Shown one piece after another: positions 22,674-36,500 of a stretch of DNA of 64,000 bases; the first letter of the stretch is position 1; each line of letters starts with the position of its first letter. The notes beneath the pieces were generated by a model that was not told the origin of the DNA, searched no databases, and saw only the letters and a program-made list of their open reading frames with translations. The position numbers and the translations under genes are program-made. Source of the stretch: Saccostrea echinata (Eukaryota); the NCBI RefSeq assembly GCF_033153115.1, contig NW_026889779.1, forward strand, positions 3,472,001-3,536,000. Direction: 5' to 3'.

Positions 22674-23196
22674 GTGATATACACGTGTATTCATCTCCAC
22701 ATACTAAATACCAACAGAAGATACACTTATAAATCTAATCGTCCATCTATTTGTGTGTCTATTCGAGTAATTGTCTCTTATAATAAGATATTTCATTTTA
22801 ATATGAATCTTCATCATTGTAATAATGTAAAGCGTTGGACAGCTGTTGAACGGGTTAAGCAGAGAAACTCTTATCGAGTTAAATTATTCCATTTGTGAAA
22901 ACTGCTTCAAATGTAGAAACATCTTTTTTAACAAAAGGTGTTGGAACTGTTGATAAGAATGAAATACATACATGTAGTCTACATATTTTCCTCTGACAGT
23001 TTTTGTCTGGTTTGAAGGTCAAACAAACAATATGAAAAACAAGTGATAGGTGATTTCTCAGGTTCAATAAACGATGTTGCCACTTTAGGACGCGTCTCTC
23101 TATTTATTGTTTTGCAATTTCGACGCTAGTAATGCATGCTGTAAATAAAATAGATCTACCAGTCCTATGGCATGTCAAACGTTGTAATATTAGATC

Positions 23197-23472
23197 TTTT
23201 CCATTTGTATAGTATAATTTTCCATTTATATTCTATAATTTTCCATTTCCATTGTATAATTTTCCATTTGTATTGTATAATGTTTATTTGTATTTTATAA
23301 TTTTCCATTTGTATTCTATAATTTTTCATTTGTATTGTATAATTTTCCATTGAATTGCATAATTTTGTATTGTATAATTTCTCATTTATATTGTATAATT
23401 TTACAATACATATGGAAAAGTATACAATACAAAAGGAAAATTATACAATACAAATGAGAAATTATGCAATAC
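23197..23472. repeat. 21-bp minisatellite that switches orientation
   Basis: About 10 units of ATTTGTATTGTATAATTTTCC-like sequence to about 23402, then about 3.5 reverse-complement units (aaaattatacaatacaaat). Confidence 0.85.
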
Positions 23473-26217
23473 TTATTTGTAAGAATTCGTCAGCTTCCGG
23501 GACCCTCACCAGGGCTTTGCCCTGTTCCCAGACGCCCTGCCTTCTACTGCCCCCCCCCCCCCCCTCCGTTATTGAATTCCTGGAGAGATATATATATATA
23601 TATATAAAAATATATTGCGAAATAAAAATTCGCCACATCAGACTAACCATTCAAGATAAAAGAATGAGGATGCACTCCGTATCTTCCAGTGTATATGACT
23701 GCTTAATTATTAAATTGTTAGTTTTGAATAAATATTTACATTGCTGAACTTCATGGATTAGATTCGATATGTTACTATATTAATTCTACATCCTTAATGA
23801 AAAGTTTTTGATATTAATTGAGAATTGGAAGATACATTGACCTCCTTTAAGTGGTATCCCTTGTGATTTGTACATGAACACTGCATTCTATTGGCAAAGA
23901 TATTGGTTTTGGAATTAAATGCAACACATTCCATTCAAACCTTTAAATTATTTCTGCTTAATAATTAATTATTAAATCTACCATTCCGGAACGTTAAATA
24001 TCCATTTCTAGTTTATAATAGACTGTAGAATCATTTTTAAGCAATCAAAGCTTTTATACAAATTATTTTAATCTCATTCGGATAAGTACGAAGAATTCAA
24101 AAATTATGTAATTTGTTCTTTTGTTATTTTCTAAAAGTCCACGCATGTTAATCAGGGTAACTTATCGATTGGACCATTTATATTTACGACTTTAAATATA
24201 AAGAAGTCCGGAATCTTTCGAAATAATTAATTGTTGAGATAAAAAAGCAAATAATTGTTGGTTAAAAAATACCCGAGTCTTTTGAATTAGCCTAATCTGT
24301 CAAAGATAGCTTCTCGTCCTTTGTAAGTGTCGCTTATGCGATCTTGATAGTTTAATTTTTCAAACACAGCGGTGGCAAAGTGTCTAATTTGTATTTACAC
24401 GACACAAAACATATACAAAGTGCGTCAGTGGCCTCGGAAAACTAGGTTTAATGAAATTCTTATGTATTCAATAAAGTTTACAAATGCATAAAGGTTTTTG
24501 CATGTGCATTAACTGGCGAAGACATCAAAAACAAAATTACATACTTGGTTACTAAGCACGCCGACCCGGTTGCACGTTCGTGTAACAGACTAAGCAATAA
24601 TCCGCTTTCCTTTTCAAATATTAATCCAGTGATTGAAAACATACATGTTTTTAAGACATTGGATTGTTGGGATTGTGTATTGGAGTGAACACATAAGATT
24701 AAATCTGTTATGATATAGATATTTTTACACGAAAACGTAAGTAAGTTTTCTGTTCTATATTAGTTTTTGTTATTTTTATCAAATTTTATAGACATAAAAA
24801 AGAAAGGGCATCTTTTCGACAAAAACGTAGTCTATGTAATATTTAGAAAGTTCTTTTCCAGGTAAAAGAGCATTTTTTCTTCATTTTCATGTTAGAACAT
24901 CTATATTCTTCTTTACATGTACAATTCATATGCATGTTGTAAATAATTCTTGCGGTATATCAAATATCTAAGATGAATAAAGTTAAACTAATTACATAAC
25001 CATAGTCTAACATGAAAAAAAAACAACAACAGAAAATGGCAAACAAGAGGGAGTTTGATGAAAAAATCAAAACTTAAAACACAGCGTTGTGTTAAGGTTA
25101 CAAACACCTTAGAAGCCTAGACATCGACCTACATTGTATAGTTGATAAAAACAATGCTTGATTATATGTGTCGATTGTGAACCATTTAAAACTGTCAAAC
25201 ACACTTTATATATGCCTGTCATGCTTCGTAGACGACAGCAAATGACACAATATATACTCCCAAAGATTATCTGGCAAGTTTGTGTAATAAAAACCAAATG
25301 AGAGGTGATCCATTTCTAAGATTAACATTCATTGTTTGCTTCTATCGAAGAAAGGCGTCTTTTTCAGTATAAATTCATTTTTAAAGTACTTTCATTTGAT
25401 AGCTTGATTAAAGACTAAATCTAATATGATTTGGGTTACAAAACACAAGAAGCAGTTCTTTTTAGTTTTACAATACAGGTCTGGATGCAAGCAAAATTAT
25501 CACTCTGGTCTCAGTGTTTCGATACTGCAATCAGCATATATTGTATGCAGTGCAATCAATGCGTTATGTCTGCAATGGTCCTTAAATTCCCCAGTATTTA
25601 GACGGTCTTCAATTCAGCGATTTAACATGGTCTTTGAAACACTTAACCTGTATGGCTTTCCATCTGATCAACGCTAAATTGAGATGTAGGTGAGATAGAA
25701 CCTATGTTCCCAACAAAAATTGGAACTGCTAGGTCATGCCAATTACCTAGTGCAAACACATGGAAACGAGCAGTTTGAAATTGAGAAAATTCATTTCATG
25801 GACAATTTTCATTTACCCCGCCTCTCCTTAAGTGATTTTAAAAGAATTTATACTGGAAGGTATGTAGTTGCAAACGCTAAGAAAGAAAGGACTTTTATTT
25901 CCTTGCCAAGTAAATAATGGAAAGTGTTTATGTCCTTAATGTACATGGCTGTATGTACCAGTATCTTTTTTACAAATTTATAAATGCCGTCTCTTACCTG
26001 AGACGAAAAGTTAAGGTGTAAAACTCATATGCATATATGATGTATATTAATACGTTTCGAACATTTCACCTAGGTATCTCTTGAGAGTGTATACTTATTG
26101 CTCATTTATAATCTCATTACACCTGTACGTCTACACCCGCAAATCAACATTTTTTCACAATACATCAATAGTGACTTACTGACAAACTATCTGTATTTCA
26201 GAGACGCAAAATTCAGA

Positions 26218-26589
26218 ATGGCAGCCACAGTAGCAAAAGCGCCATCTATTCCGAATGTGCAAACCACGCCCCCTCAGGTAGCTCAGAACAAAGTTGTCAC
26301 GTCAAACGGAGGTGCAAAAATCATCTTTAATGGTAGACAAGATACTTCCGGTGGATACCCATCTCAGTTTGTCATTCACCAGAAACTGTCGTTCACAAAG
26401 CTTCCTAGCATCGTCAATCGAATGAGAGCAGAGACTCTATCTAGTAGAGCAAAGCGAGGCCGCTTCTATAAAAGTGACTCGTACGTGGATTACCGATTTT
26501 ACAGTTGGAAAAATCTGGCTCTCTGGAGTGATTACCAGTCCCATCTATGGAATAGGGACGGAAGTGTCAAAACCTCTTTCAGAAAATAA
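26218..26589 (+). CDS. Uncharacterised small basic protein, 123 aa, single coding exon
   Basis: ctgtatttcAG acceptor at 26201; ATG at 26218 in good context (agaATGG); composition more GC-rich than the flanks; AATAAA at 26705; candidate 5'UTR donor GTAAGT at 24737. Confidence 0.65.
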   Translation: MAATVAKAPSIPNVQTTPPQVAQNKVVTSNGGAKIIFNGRQDTSGGYPSQFVIHQKLSFTKLPSIVNRMRAETLSSRAKRGRFYKSDSYVDYRFYSWKNLALWSDYQSHLWNRDGSVKTSFRK

Positions 26590-26750
26590 ACTTACCTACG
26601 TATATTACGTGACAACGAGTGTTTTTTTTCTCCTTTATAATGACTGTGTCTTTCACTACATGGAACAGTATTAAAGTTTATTCATATGAAAATACCCTGT
26701 ATATAATAAATGATTAAAGGATTCACAAATGTAGATTTATTCTGCATGTA

Positions 26751-26853
26751 CAGTAGAAGGCCATTCCAAGTTTTTTTCTGATATGGGGTGTCAAACACCA
26801 AGGCGCACGCGGACGCTAAACATAGAAAAAAAACTAGGAATGGCCTTTTTACT
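26751..26853. mobile_element. About 100-bp hairpin MITE (Tc1/pogo-like end)
   Basis: TA|CAGTAGAAGGCCATTCCAAGTTTTTTTCT ... AGAAAAAAAACTAGGAATGGCCTTTTTACT inverted repeat. Confidence 0.6.
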
Positions 26854-29800
26854 AAATATAAACAGAAAAAAACGCGGATAGACCTACTTTATAATAAAAT
26901 AGATTAGATCGAGAAGTAATAGGCATAATTACGACTGCGTATAGGCCTACATGTAAGTGCCAATTCAAAAGGCGTACAAGGCGAGGACAATCCCCCGATC
27001 CGAGAAAAGACATCTCTCAATTCCGAAACTTTATGAAAAGTTATATTTTTCAAAAAAAATTGTATTGTCCATATAATCTTTTACACATTTGCTTCCTTTA
27101 TTTTATCAAAAAAATTATTGATAGAAAATTATTTTTCACTTATGATATTTTAAGGTATGTGGAAAGAAAGAAAAATTAAAAAGAGCCTCGCGCATGAATC
27201 GAACTATCTCGTGCTTTAAATAAACAATTTTGTTGACATATTTTCTCAGAAATAGAAATATTTTATTTTCATATAGAATGAGCTTTTCTTTTTTGTTTTT
27301 AGAAATATAAATGAGATTTTATATTTACATTTTACTTTTCCGTCATTTAACCCTTAATGTAGAATGGATACTTGACCCATTCATATTAAAAAATAATTTA
27401 TTCAGGGCTCTAATATGCCCATTTTCCACTAAATATGCTTAACTGTCAACTTAAAAAAAAACAACAATTATCAATCAAGAAGTAATTCAATAAAATAAAT
27501 GAATCAAATGTGTTGAAGATGACAACATAATTCTGAATAAATATAACATTTCCAGGAACTTTGAAAATTGAGAAATATGTTGTCTCAGAGCGGGGGATTG
27601 TGAACGCCCCCTTTCTAAGCAGAAAAAAAACTCCTTTTCACGACTTCTTAAGTCGTTTAAACGATTTTTTTTTCCGATCATGCAGCATGACTGTAGATGT
27701 GCAACAATAACATTTTTTTGGCGTTGTAGATACTGTTTGTTCCCATTTCGCCTCTACTGTAAAATTTGTTATTCCCACTTTCTAAGGTTTATGAAGGCGA
27801 AATTGGAATTTGTGCAAACATATACATGTAATTATGCGTATAAGTATTGTTTGCATTGCATAACAAAATGTCAAAGATTTCAGAGATTTCAAATTATTTG
27901 CTTACAGTGAAAATGAGTGATTTTGTACAAATTATGCAAAAATGATACAAAACCTAGCTGAAAATAAAAATAGATGAAAAAAGTGAAGTCAATAGACTCT
28001 AAGCATAAAAAAATGTAGAATACTGACTTAATACACTCAAGATTTACATGAAACGTTTAAGATAGTCCGATCCTCAGATTCTGAAAATCAGCTCTTAAGT
28101 AACTGAAAATGCTCACAAAAATGTCTCTGATTTCACATAGTAACGTGAATTTACCCATGGAATTTCTTCAAAGTTCATCATTATAGTTAATTATATTATA
28201 CAGGGAAAATTATCAAATCTCAAACATATTTTCAAGAAATGCGAATAAAAACACCAGCTAAGCATTTTTCTAATTGATAATTGGTCAACAAATAAAATTT
28301 AGGATAGGAAAATAAAGGTATATAGGCATTTGGAGAAAATTGCATCTTTTTTATGCGTATAAAGTATTTTAGTTCTTTTTACTTCAATCGTCATATGATA
28401 CATAGTGTGAAAAGCTTGGGCTATCATTGCTAGACATCACATATCACATCTTACATGATATGAAATAAGTTATTTCATATCATGCTAATAAGCAGTCGTA
28501 TCTAATGCTAGACTAAACGAAATTCGATTTCTCTAACAATGAATTCATTTTTTTTTCTTTTACGGGGTATAAATGTACAAATACAAGACCGTTTCTAAGA
28601 CTTCAAAGAACCTTGAATCATATTAAGATGCATAAAATGAAAATTGTTGCACGAAAAGATCTCAATTTTAAGCTTCATTTTTGAGACTTTTTTTAAAATA
28701 ATAAAGATGGGCGAACAAGGCAGGCGAAGTGCCTACAGTGCTACAAACATGAAGATGAAAGATTAAATCTCGATTATAACTAAATTTTCTTTGTTATTTA
28801 ATCTAACATTGAAGTATACGTTATGTAAAATCTCCACAATCTGCAAAAATCTCACATAGATAGAATTGTCTATGAAATAGCATACACACACTAAAGAGGG
28901 CAAAAAGGATCATTTTCTCATACTATAACACAATTTTTCGATATGAGTGGGTCTTTGCTCCATATTTTTGAAAGTTTATCCTCAAAGTTTGCGTACAAAT
29001 ATACATTTATACATTTATTGGTTAACAAAAACATGGACCCACTATACCTTAAAAATACTTTTATGACACAACATTCGCATATTTCAGAGAAATACTTGAA
29101 GTCCATTTAGTCAAGGGTCATATCACAAACATGATTTCATCAGGAGCGTAGTGGTTAGCGCGTTAGTCTCGATCAAAGGAAAAAGATACTCAGGATTTTT
29201 ATTGCTAGGGTTTGAATCCCACGAATACCACAGCAGTTTTTAATAAAAAAATAATTTTTGCCGAAAAAAATTTCCTCAAAAAACTTTTGTTTATCATAAT
29301 TTCATAAATTTCAATAATGAGAACTTTACTCTAAATGCTAAATTCACGAATTTAATAAGATTTTTACATATCTAAAGCTAAAGGCATTCTGCACGCCTTC
29401 TTCACCCATCTCCTTTAAGAGTTATCCATCCTGGCTGAGAATCGGATCTTAGTATTTTCTGAGACACTACATCCATAAAATAATTCACATTTTCATGAAT
29501 AATTTTTGCAATTTTCTTATTTTTTAATTGTACAATGACTCTAAAGGCCAATGATAATATTTACATATTACTATTTTTTTTCATTTTACATCCATCATAT
29601 TTCTTTTTTAACTGTGTAATTAACTTATCGGTAAAACAAACATCTAATTAATTTACAGTTATTGCTTTTACAAAGGAATAATCAAATTCCCACTTCACCT
29701 TAGAAGTTTTTCATATTTTCTTACCTATATTTCACAGTTAAGACGAAATAGAAATACACTGATACTTCTGGTCGTTACAGGAAGTAAATTTTTAAAAAAT

Positions 29801-29893
29801 CGTTTTTTCCCCCAACTTTTTTGTCCTCCTTTATTTTCCTGTAATATTCAAAGGGTAAGTAGGGGTCCTTCTAACAAGACTTAAATGTATTAC

Positions 29894-31007
29894 AGGCCCG
29901 TAGGAAGCAATTTCAGTTGGGGGGGGGGGGGTACAGCCATACATTTTCAGTTGTGAGGGGGGGGGGGCACTATCAAATACCAAAAATTCCTTGACAAAAT
30001 CAAAAGCCTGAAAGGCTTCAATGACGTCGAAGAAGAAAAACAATTTCAAAAGATCATTTTGAATTTGAAGATAGCAATAAGTCAAGTGAGTGACTCAGGA
30101 AACGTAATAAAAAAATAGTTTAAACAAAATATCAAAATTACAGTCTGGGGCCTTATGTCATGGTCCGAATGGAGCAGGGTTCGAATTGACCAGACACCGT
30201 CGAATATGTTCATGTCTTTTCAGTCAGTTGAAGAACTATGAAGGATTTCATGAATTTATATAATATTTTTTTCTAATTGCCAATGTCAATATTAGTGATT
30301 GCATCTAAACTACAACCAAGACTCTGTTCTGTTACAATTACGATCGAGTTACGATCGGGCGTGGTATACGGTATACCGGGAAATTGAGGAAATGGAGAAA
30401 TACAGCAATACTGGTCAATATCATCGGTTTTCAGGATAGAGTTGGTTAGAAGATTGTATAAGTAAAGCTAAGATTTAGAAATTCAATCTTTTCCGTCTTG
30501 TAGTATGCGTGTTTATGTAATTTTGTAATTATTTTACCTCCTGTTGTGTTGTCTATGTTACACGGTTATCGTTCCGAAATGTTATTCATGTCATTCAACG
30601 CACCCTTTCTGTAGAAATTCATCCGCAACAACCATCACGTTTTTCTTGTGTGAGAATAAAACATAATATTGTTGTTTTGCAATAGAATTAATTGCAGATA
30701 TAATTGATGCAGTTTTATTTTCAAGCTATTATTCATTTTGAGCGTTTTCAAAGAAATTGGTTTATAGCTATTGCTACTTTCTATTGCGGATGCATCGACT
30801 GACACATTCGGTCGCGTACATATCCGGTCACGATTTCAACTGGGCGCTTGCTAGATGACGTTCGAGCTCCAAGAGCTCGACGTCATAAAAAGGTCATCAG
30901 ACGTTTTTATTGAGGGGGCACAAGCATAAAGTAGCTATGTTTTCTATAGTAATCTATATGTCGGCAAAATTATTGCGCCCCCCCCCCCCGTGGTTCCTAC
31001 GACCATG
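29894..31007. mobile_element. Poly-G MITE split by an insertion of about 0.88 kb
   Basis: 29894-30000 and 30887-31007 match the two halves of the contiguous copy at 37113-37347. Confidence 0.65.
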
Positions 31008-31162
31008 TAATACCAGATTGTTGATATGATTAAAACGGAATTAAAATTTCTACTTCGAATTTCCGAAAACGTTGGACCCAAGTTTGCATCTAATCTCTTA
31101 AACACTACAAAGTATTCATTTTATTTTCATCAATTTACGCCAGTTACAGAACTGCACTGCTG

Positions 31163-31240
31163 TAATACACGTAGTAATACAAGTAGCTATACAAGTAGTA
31201 ATACAAGTAGTTATACACGTACATGTAGTAATACACGTAG
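31163..31240. repeat. 12-bp tandem repeat (taatacaagtag)n
   Basis: About 6 imperfect units, directly visible. Confidence 0.8.
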
Positions 31241-33130
31241 AAGCAAAACTTCTCTGGTGACTGAGAAAGGACGGAAAACTTTCATGTTGCCATAGCATGT
31301 TGTTTTTATTAAATAATATCCAATATAGGTCTTATATTATATGTATCTTTTGGGTGCATTTTATTTCCCCTTCTTTTTCAACTGTAGATGCCATTTTTTT
31401 TATTTAATCAATTTCAATTCGTGGGGAAGTTTTTAACGCTTTCAATAATAAAATTCAGTTCCCCTGATGTGATTTTATATTTTGCCGCCATGCATCCTTC
31501 TGTCTTGTCTGTAGAATCAGGAACGTAAATTATTCATTTACCTTGAAAAGAAGCGATTGACGGCATTCGTGTTTATAGTTACGATCGACTTGAAATTGTA
31601 CAGACAATTTTTAAAATTACACACATAATTTTCAAAATCGTGTAAACGACTTTCTAAATCGTACAAACGAATTTAAAAAATGGACTCATGGTTAAAAAAC
31701 TTAAACATGGTCACTTAAAACAAATATGAGTCAGATGCAACATCTGAAGCAGGTCTGGTCTGATAGTGTGTATCCATAGAAACCTCATCCATGCCAGTCT
31801 GGTTAAGGCAAGTCTTCAATATCTTGGGAATGGATCAGCTCAATAAACTTTGAGCTATTCTCTATCTAACCTGGAAAATTGCTAGGTCAGATGCAGCATC
31901 TAGGCAATATGGCAGAGAGCATCCCTATATGTATCATCAATGGAAGTTTGGTCAGAACAGGACCTTTAGTTAGTTGGGTATGCACTTGCTCCAAAAACTT
32001 TTAATAATTCATTCACTCATCCAGAAAATTTGGCAGATGCAGCATTGGGAGCATGACTTGTAAATTGATGTATATCCTTAGATGCAAAATTCATCGTCTG
32101 AACCAGGTGAGACAGAATTATGTTCAAATGAATCTGCTTTGAGAACTTTTACAAGTTCAAAAATCTGAAAAATGCGTACGTAGATCAGATCCTGCATCTG
32201 ATGATCTGAAACCATGTCCATGTAAGGTCCAGGTAGATACTTTACTTACTAAGGAATGGACCCCTTCCAAAAGCATAAACCTGAAACTCAGGCCCGGAGG
32301 TCCTGCATATAAAAATTTTTATTTAAAAGCTGGTTACTCCCCCCCCCCCCTTCCCCCATTTTTTTTTTATTGCTGTAAGGTCAAACACTGGCAAATTATA
32401 GTATTTGGAAAGAAAATGTACCGAAAAGTTAGAGAGAAGTCCTAACACCCCACCACCACCTAAAAAGGGGGAGAGAGTTCTGAGAGTTTTCGGGGTTTTT
32501 TGTCAATTTTTTTGGAGCCCCCCCCCCTTTTTCAAATTTTTGCAATGGGCCTGCAACTTTCTTTAGAATAGCATAGAATTGGGTTGTGTGATGTGAAAAA
32601 GTTAATAGGTGAACAGATGAACAGATGCCATCTTATGTGCAGAAATGCATGAAGAGAATTAAGTATTTTAAAGATGGACACACAATATGCATTTCATGAA
32701 TGGATTAGGAAATTCCCCATGGGTATTTTACATCAGATGAGATAAATATAACACACTAAGTGTTACAAGTCCAGTAGTATAGACTTCTGAATGCAGAACA
32801 TGTCCATCTTTTAGCATCAGATCTCAATACAAAAATTGTTTTACTACTATAACAATTGACACATTTATACCACAATAAACAACATGGTTTTTTTTTTTTT
32901 TTTTTACAGGAATTCCATTATTACAGCCGTTGAATAGAATGTTTAAAGAAAAAACGTTCATTTTGTATTTTTAGCTTTTCTAAGGGAGTTTACTCTCATT
33001 TATTTTCCAAAAGCTTAATAGAATGGATACTTTAAATACTTACACATAATAACTTTACAGATTTGTTCACAGGTACTTCAAATACTTACATATGACAAGT
33101 TTACAGATTTATACACAAAAATGTACCTTA

Positions 33131-33562
33131 GGCCAAAAAAAATAATAGTCTTGTTTCCTGCTACCTGACCTACCCTATTTTTTTGCACCCGACCCTAAAG
33201 GGTTTTTTTTAAGTTTAGGAAGAAAAAAAATCGGGAATTTCCAGAATTTCATCTTTCTATCACTGTAATTGGTTTTCGTGTAAACACAAAACAAGCATTT
33301 CATGAAATTCTTGTTTTAAATGTGAACTTTCATAAAATACCACTTGAGTTTTGCATAAAAAGACATGAAATTTAATTTTAAAAGACAATAATGACCTGCG
33401 ACATGTTTTATTTTATCTTGTATTAGTTCATACCCAAAAAATGTGGTCGGAAAAAAATAAAATAAAAATATAAAATAAAATAATTTTCCTTCAAAAAACT
33501 ACCTACCTACCCTATTTTTTTCGGGCTGGTAGCAGGAATCAAGACTATTATTTTTTTTGGCC
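33131..33562. mobile_element. PIF/Harbinger-type MITE (432 bp) just downstream of the MRPS2 stop codon
   Basis: About 35-bp TIR GGCCAAAAAAAATAATAGTCTTG(T/A)TTCCTGCTACC; TTA on both flanks (33128-33130, 33563-33565). Confidence 0.85.
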
Positions 33563-33590
33563 TTACATTATACAGTTCTTTTACTTAGCA

Positions 33591-36500
33591 CTATTTTTGA
33601 ACGTCCCTTTTTCTGTGTTCTTTTGCACGTAAAATAGTCTGTTCAAACAGTTTACAGTAGAGTTTCACAGCGTCTGGGGAATCATCATTCCCAGGAATGG
33701 GATATGTAATAAAGGTAGGGTTACAATTAGAGTCCACAACACCTACAGTGGGTATAAGCATTTTGGCACATTCTGTGACAGCTATATGATCACTTCCAAT
33801 ACTATTCTGTGTATGAAGAAAGATAACAACATCAGGGTGCCTGGTTAGATTACTGAAAAGTCTGTCAATATTGGTCAGAAGACCTGATTTCCAGAAGCGG
33901 CAGTGGGAATATTCACCAGCATTGCGAGCTGTTTTTTCCACAAGAGGCATGTGCTGAGCATTTCTGGAAACAAATAATACAATGCCTCCTCTGTACACCA
34001 CATGAGCTATAAAATTTAAGGCCAAGTGTAAACGTGGTAAAGTTCTGTCCAGATCAAATATATCTGTATTGTGCCGGAGTCCATAGAGAAAGGACACCAT
34101 ATATGGATGTCTACATCCGAAGTGATGACCATAATGCACCCTGTTTCTGTAAAGTGTTTGCATGTCTACCATTTCTTTGACTTGAAAAAAATCTGGATGC
34201 TGCAAAGCATTATCTTCAAATGTATCCCCTAGGAGACCTGCAAAATAGTCATTAACTGCAATTTAATGTACAGTAACAGTTAAATATTATTATACCTCTG
34301 TGAATTTTTTCTATATAAAAATTTGATGAATAAACATGCTATTTTTTCCAAACAGCTCCTACTGTCGAATAGTTTTTGTGCTATTTGCCCATGGTGAAAT
34401 AGTCATTAAACTATTCACCGACAGCATTCTGTTTTCCTCGCTTTTCATCTCGGAACTCTTCTGGTTTTATCAAGATTGTGACGTAACACAAGTAAAAACT
34501 GCTTCAGTATAATAAAACACCTATTTACTGACTATTCGGACAATAGCAAGTTTATCGTCCCCCTCAACAGCAACTATTTCCCTCAGCTGCGCCTCGGGAA
34601 ATAGTTGCTGTCTTGGGGAACGATAAACTTGCTATTGTCCTCATAGCCAGGTGTATAATATAACATAGTTAATTAAAAACAAAACTTTGTCAAAAGCCCT
34701 TTTTTCTTTCTAATAACTGCATTTTTGTCATCATTGGTTTTTTTTTGGGGGGGGTGGGGGGGTGGTTACTCTCACTCACCACATGTAGTGTTGATAATAT
34801 AAAAGATTAATGGCTTCACTACAAGTTACTAGGTGGCTGGCTCATGAAAGTCTTACAAGTAAACATCAGGAAATGTAAGAGTCTTCACACTAAAGTCTTA
34901 ACAATAATAAATGTATTTGTAGTGCATTGCTTTGCAAATGATAACAGTTTCTTCATATTATGAGTCATTACTCATTAGACTTTATATACTGTATGTGTAC
35001 TTGAAAAAGCAGGCTTCATATTTCAGCTGCTTTGGTGCAGACAGCAATGTGCTAATTCATGAATCCCATTAATAAATCATAAATAAATACAATACATAGC
35101 GAGGACATGTGTAATGCTAATTCATGATTACGCCAATCACTCAATACCAAGTGATTGCGCTTAATTTTGAATATGTCAATTTTTGTACACGGACAGTATT
35201 TGCACAGGGGTTCAAAATACTTCAAGCCCAACCCAATTCACTGGTCACAGTAGCCTAGTGGTAGGACACTCACTTCATAATTGGGAAGCCCAAGTTTGAT
35301 TCTCATTCACCACACCACATCAAATCTAAGATGTATACATATGTAGTGACTGTTCCTTCATCACGCCCCCGGAATTAGAAGTGAGAGTCTTTTGAATATG
35401 AGACCTTAAAAACCAAGGTCCTGTCAAGGTAGGCATTGGCATGCTAAAGAACCCACAGTGGCCCTGAGTGCCCAGAAAAGTTCTTAATTTGAAGCTTTAA
35501 CTGGTATATGGTGATATCTCTATAGGAGTGAAAAATTCTCAAATGGTACATAAAACAACATACAATCAATCAATGAAGCCCAATGCCCCTAGACTTTTTT
35601 TCTGGATTTAGACTTGCCACATAGAAAAGCCATATATGTGATCCTGGTCAGATATTGTAAATATCAATAATAAACAGAATATTCAATATTGTAAAATTTA
35701 GAACTTGATAACAAATTATTTAGCAATTCATTTTACACCATCAAAATCTTGTGTTTTGTTGCAAGCCATTTTCACAATACATCACTGAACATGCAAATCT
35801 TTATTTCAGTTTTTTAATTTAAAATATTCATATTTTTTCTTAAGCCTAAAAAGAATTTTTGATACATTTAGATTTGACCAAAATAACAGAAAACTTAGAA
35901 ATATATCAAAATCAAGAGGAATGATATATTTTAAGGACCCTAGTGTGAAAAACATCTGACTTGTTTGTGAAGAGAACACAATATTGTATGTATATCAATT
36001 TTAAGAATTATTTTTGTGATTTGTAAACTTTGTTTTTTTGAATATAATATGTTCAATCAAAAACAAATGTCTTCTAATTAAGGAATAAATTTAATAGCTA
36101 CCCAATTTATACAGTATAAAGTGGGTTGAGACAGTTTACGCTTTATAAACCGCAAAGCAGGAATCTGAAATACTTACATACACAATATTTCATTTCTGAA
36201 ATATTAAAGATCCCAGAACTTTATGATACCCATAAAGCTTGAAAATATACCCACGTTTATACTCATTTTCCATTGGTTTGTAATCAACCAGCTCCACTTC
36301 TTTTGCCAAAGGCTTCTCTGTTTGGTTTTTAAATACTTTTTCCTCATATATCCTCTCAATTCGGAGTGGTCGGGGGAGAACTACCTTAGCCTTTGTATCT
36401 GTCTTGTACTTTCTCTGGGGACACAGATGAGGGATGTAGGCTCCTAAAAATAATTAGCATGCCGTAACAGAGTTATCTTTCTTTCAGTGCGATAGGCACA

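Noticed and set aside
23165-23747. Repetitive ORFs (MENYTIQ...) and a CRISPR-like appearance
   Set aside because: Translations of a 21-bp minisatellite. There are no unique spacers or cas genes, and the DNA is eukaryotic.
29140-29232. tRNA-like sequence with box A (TAGTGGTTAG) and box B (GGTTTGAATCC)
   Set aside because: I could not build a convincing cloverleaf; probably a degenerate tRNA-derived piece of a repeat.
31026-31298. ORFs with SSNT / CITT repeats
   Set aside because: Translations of a 12-bp tandem repeat.
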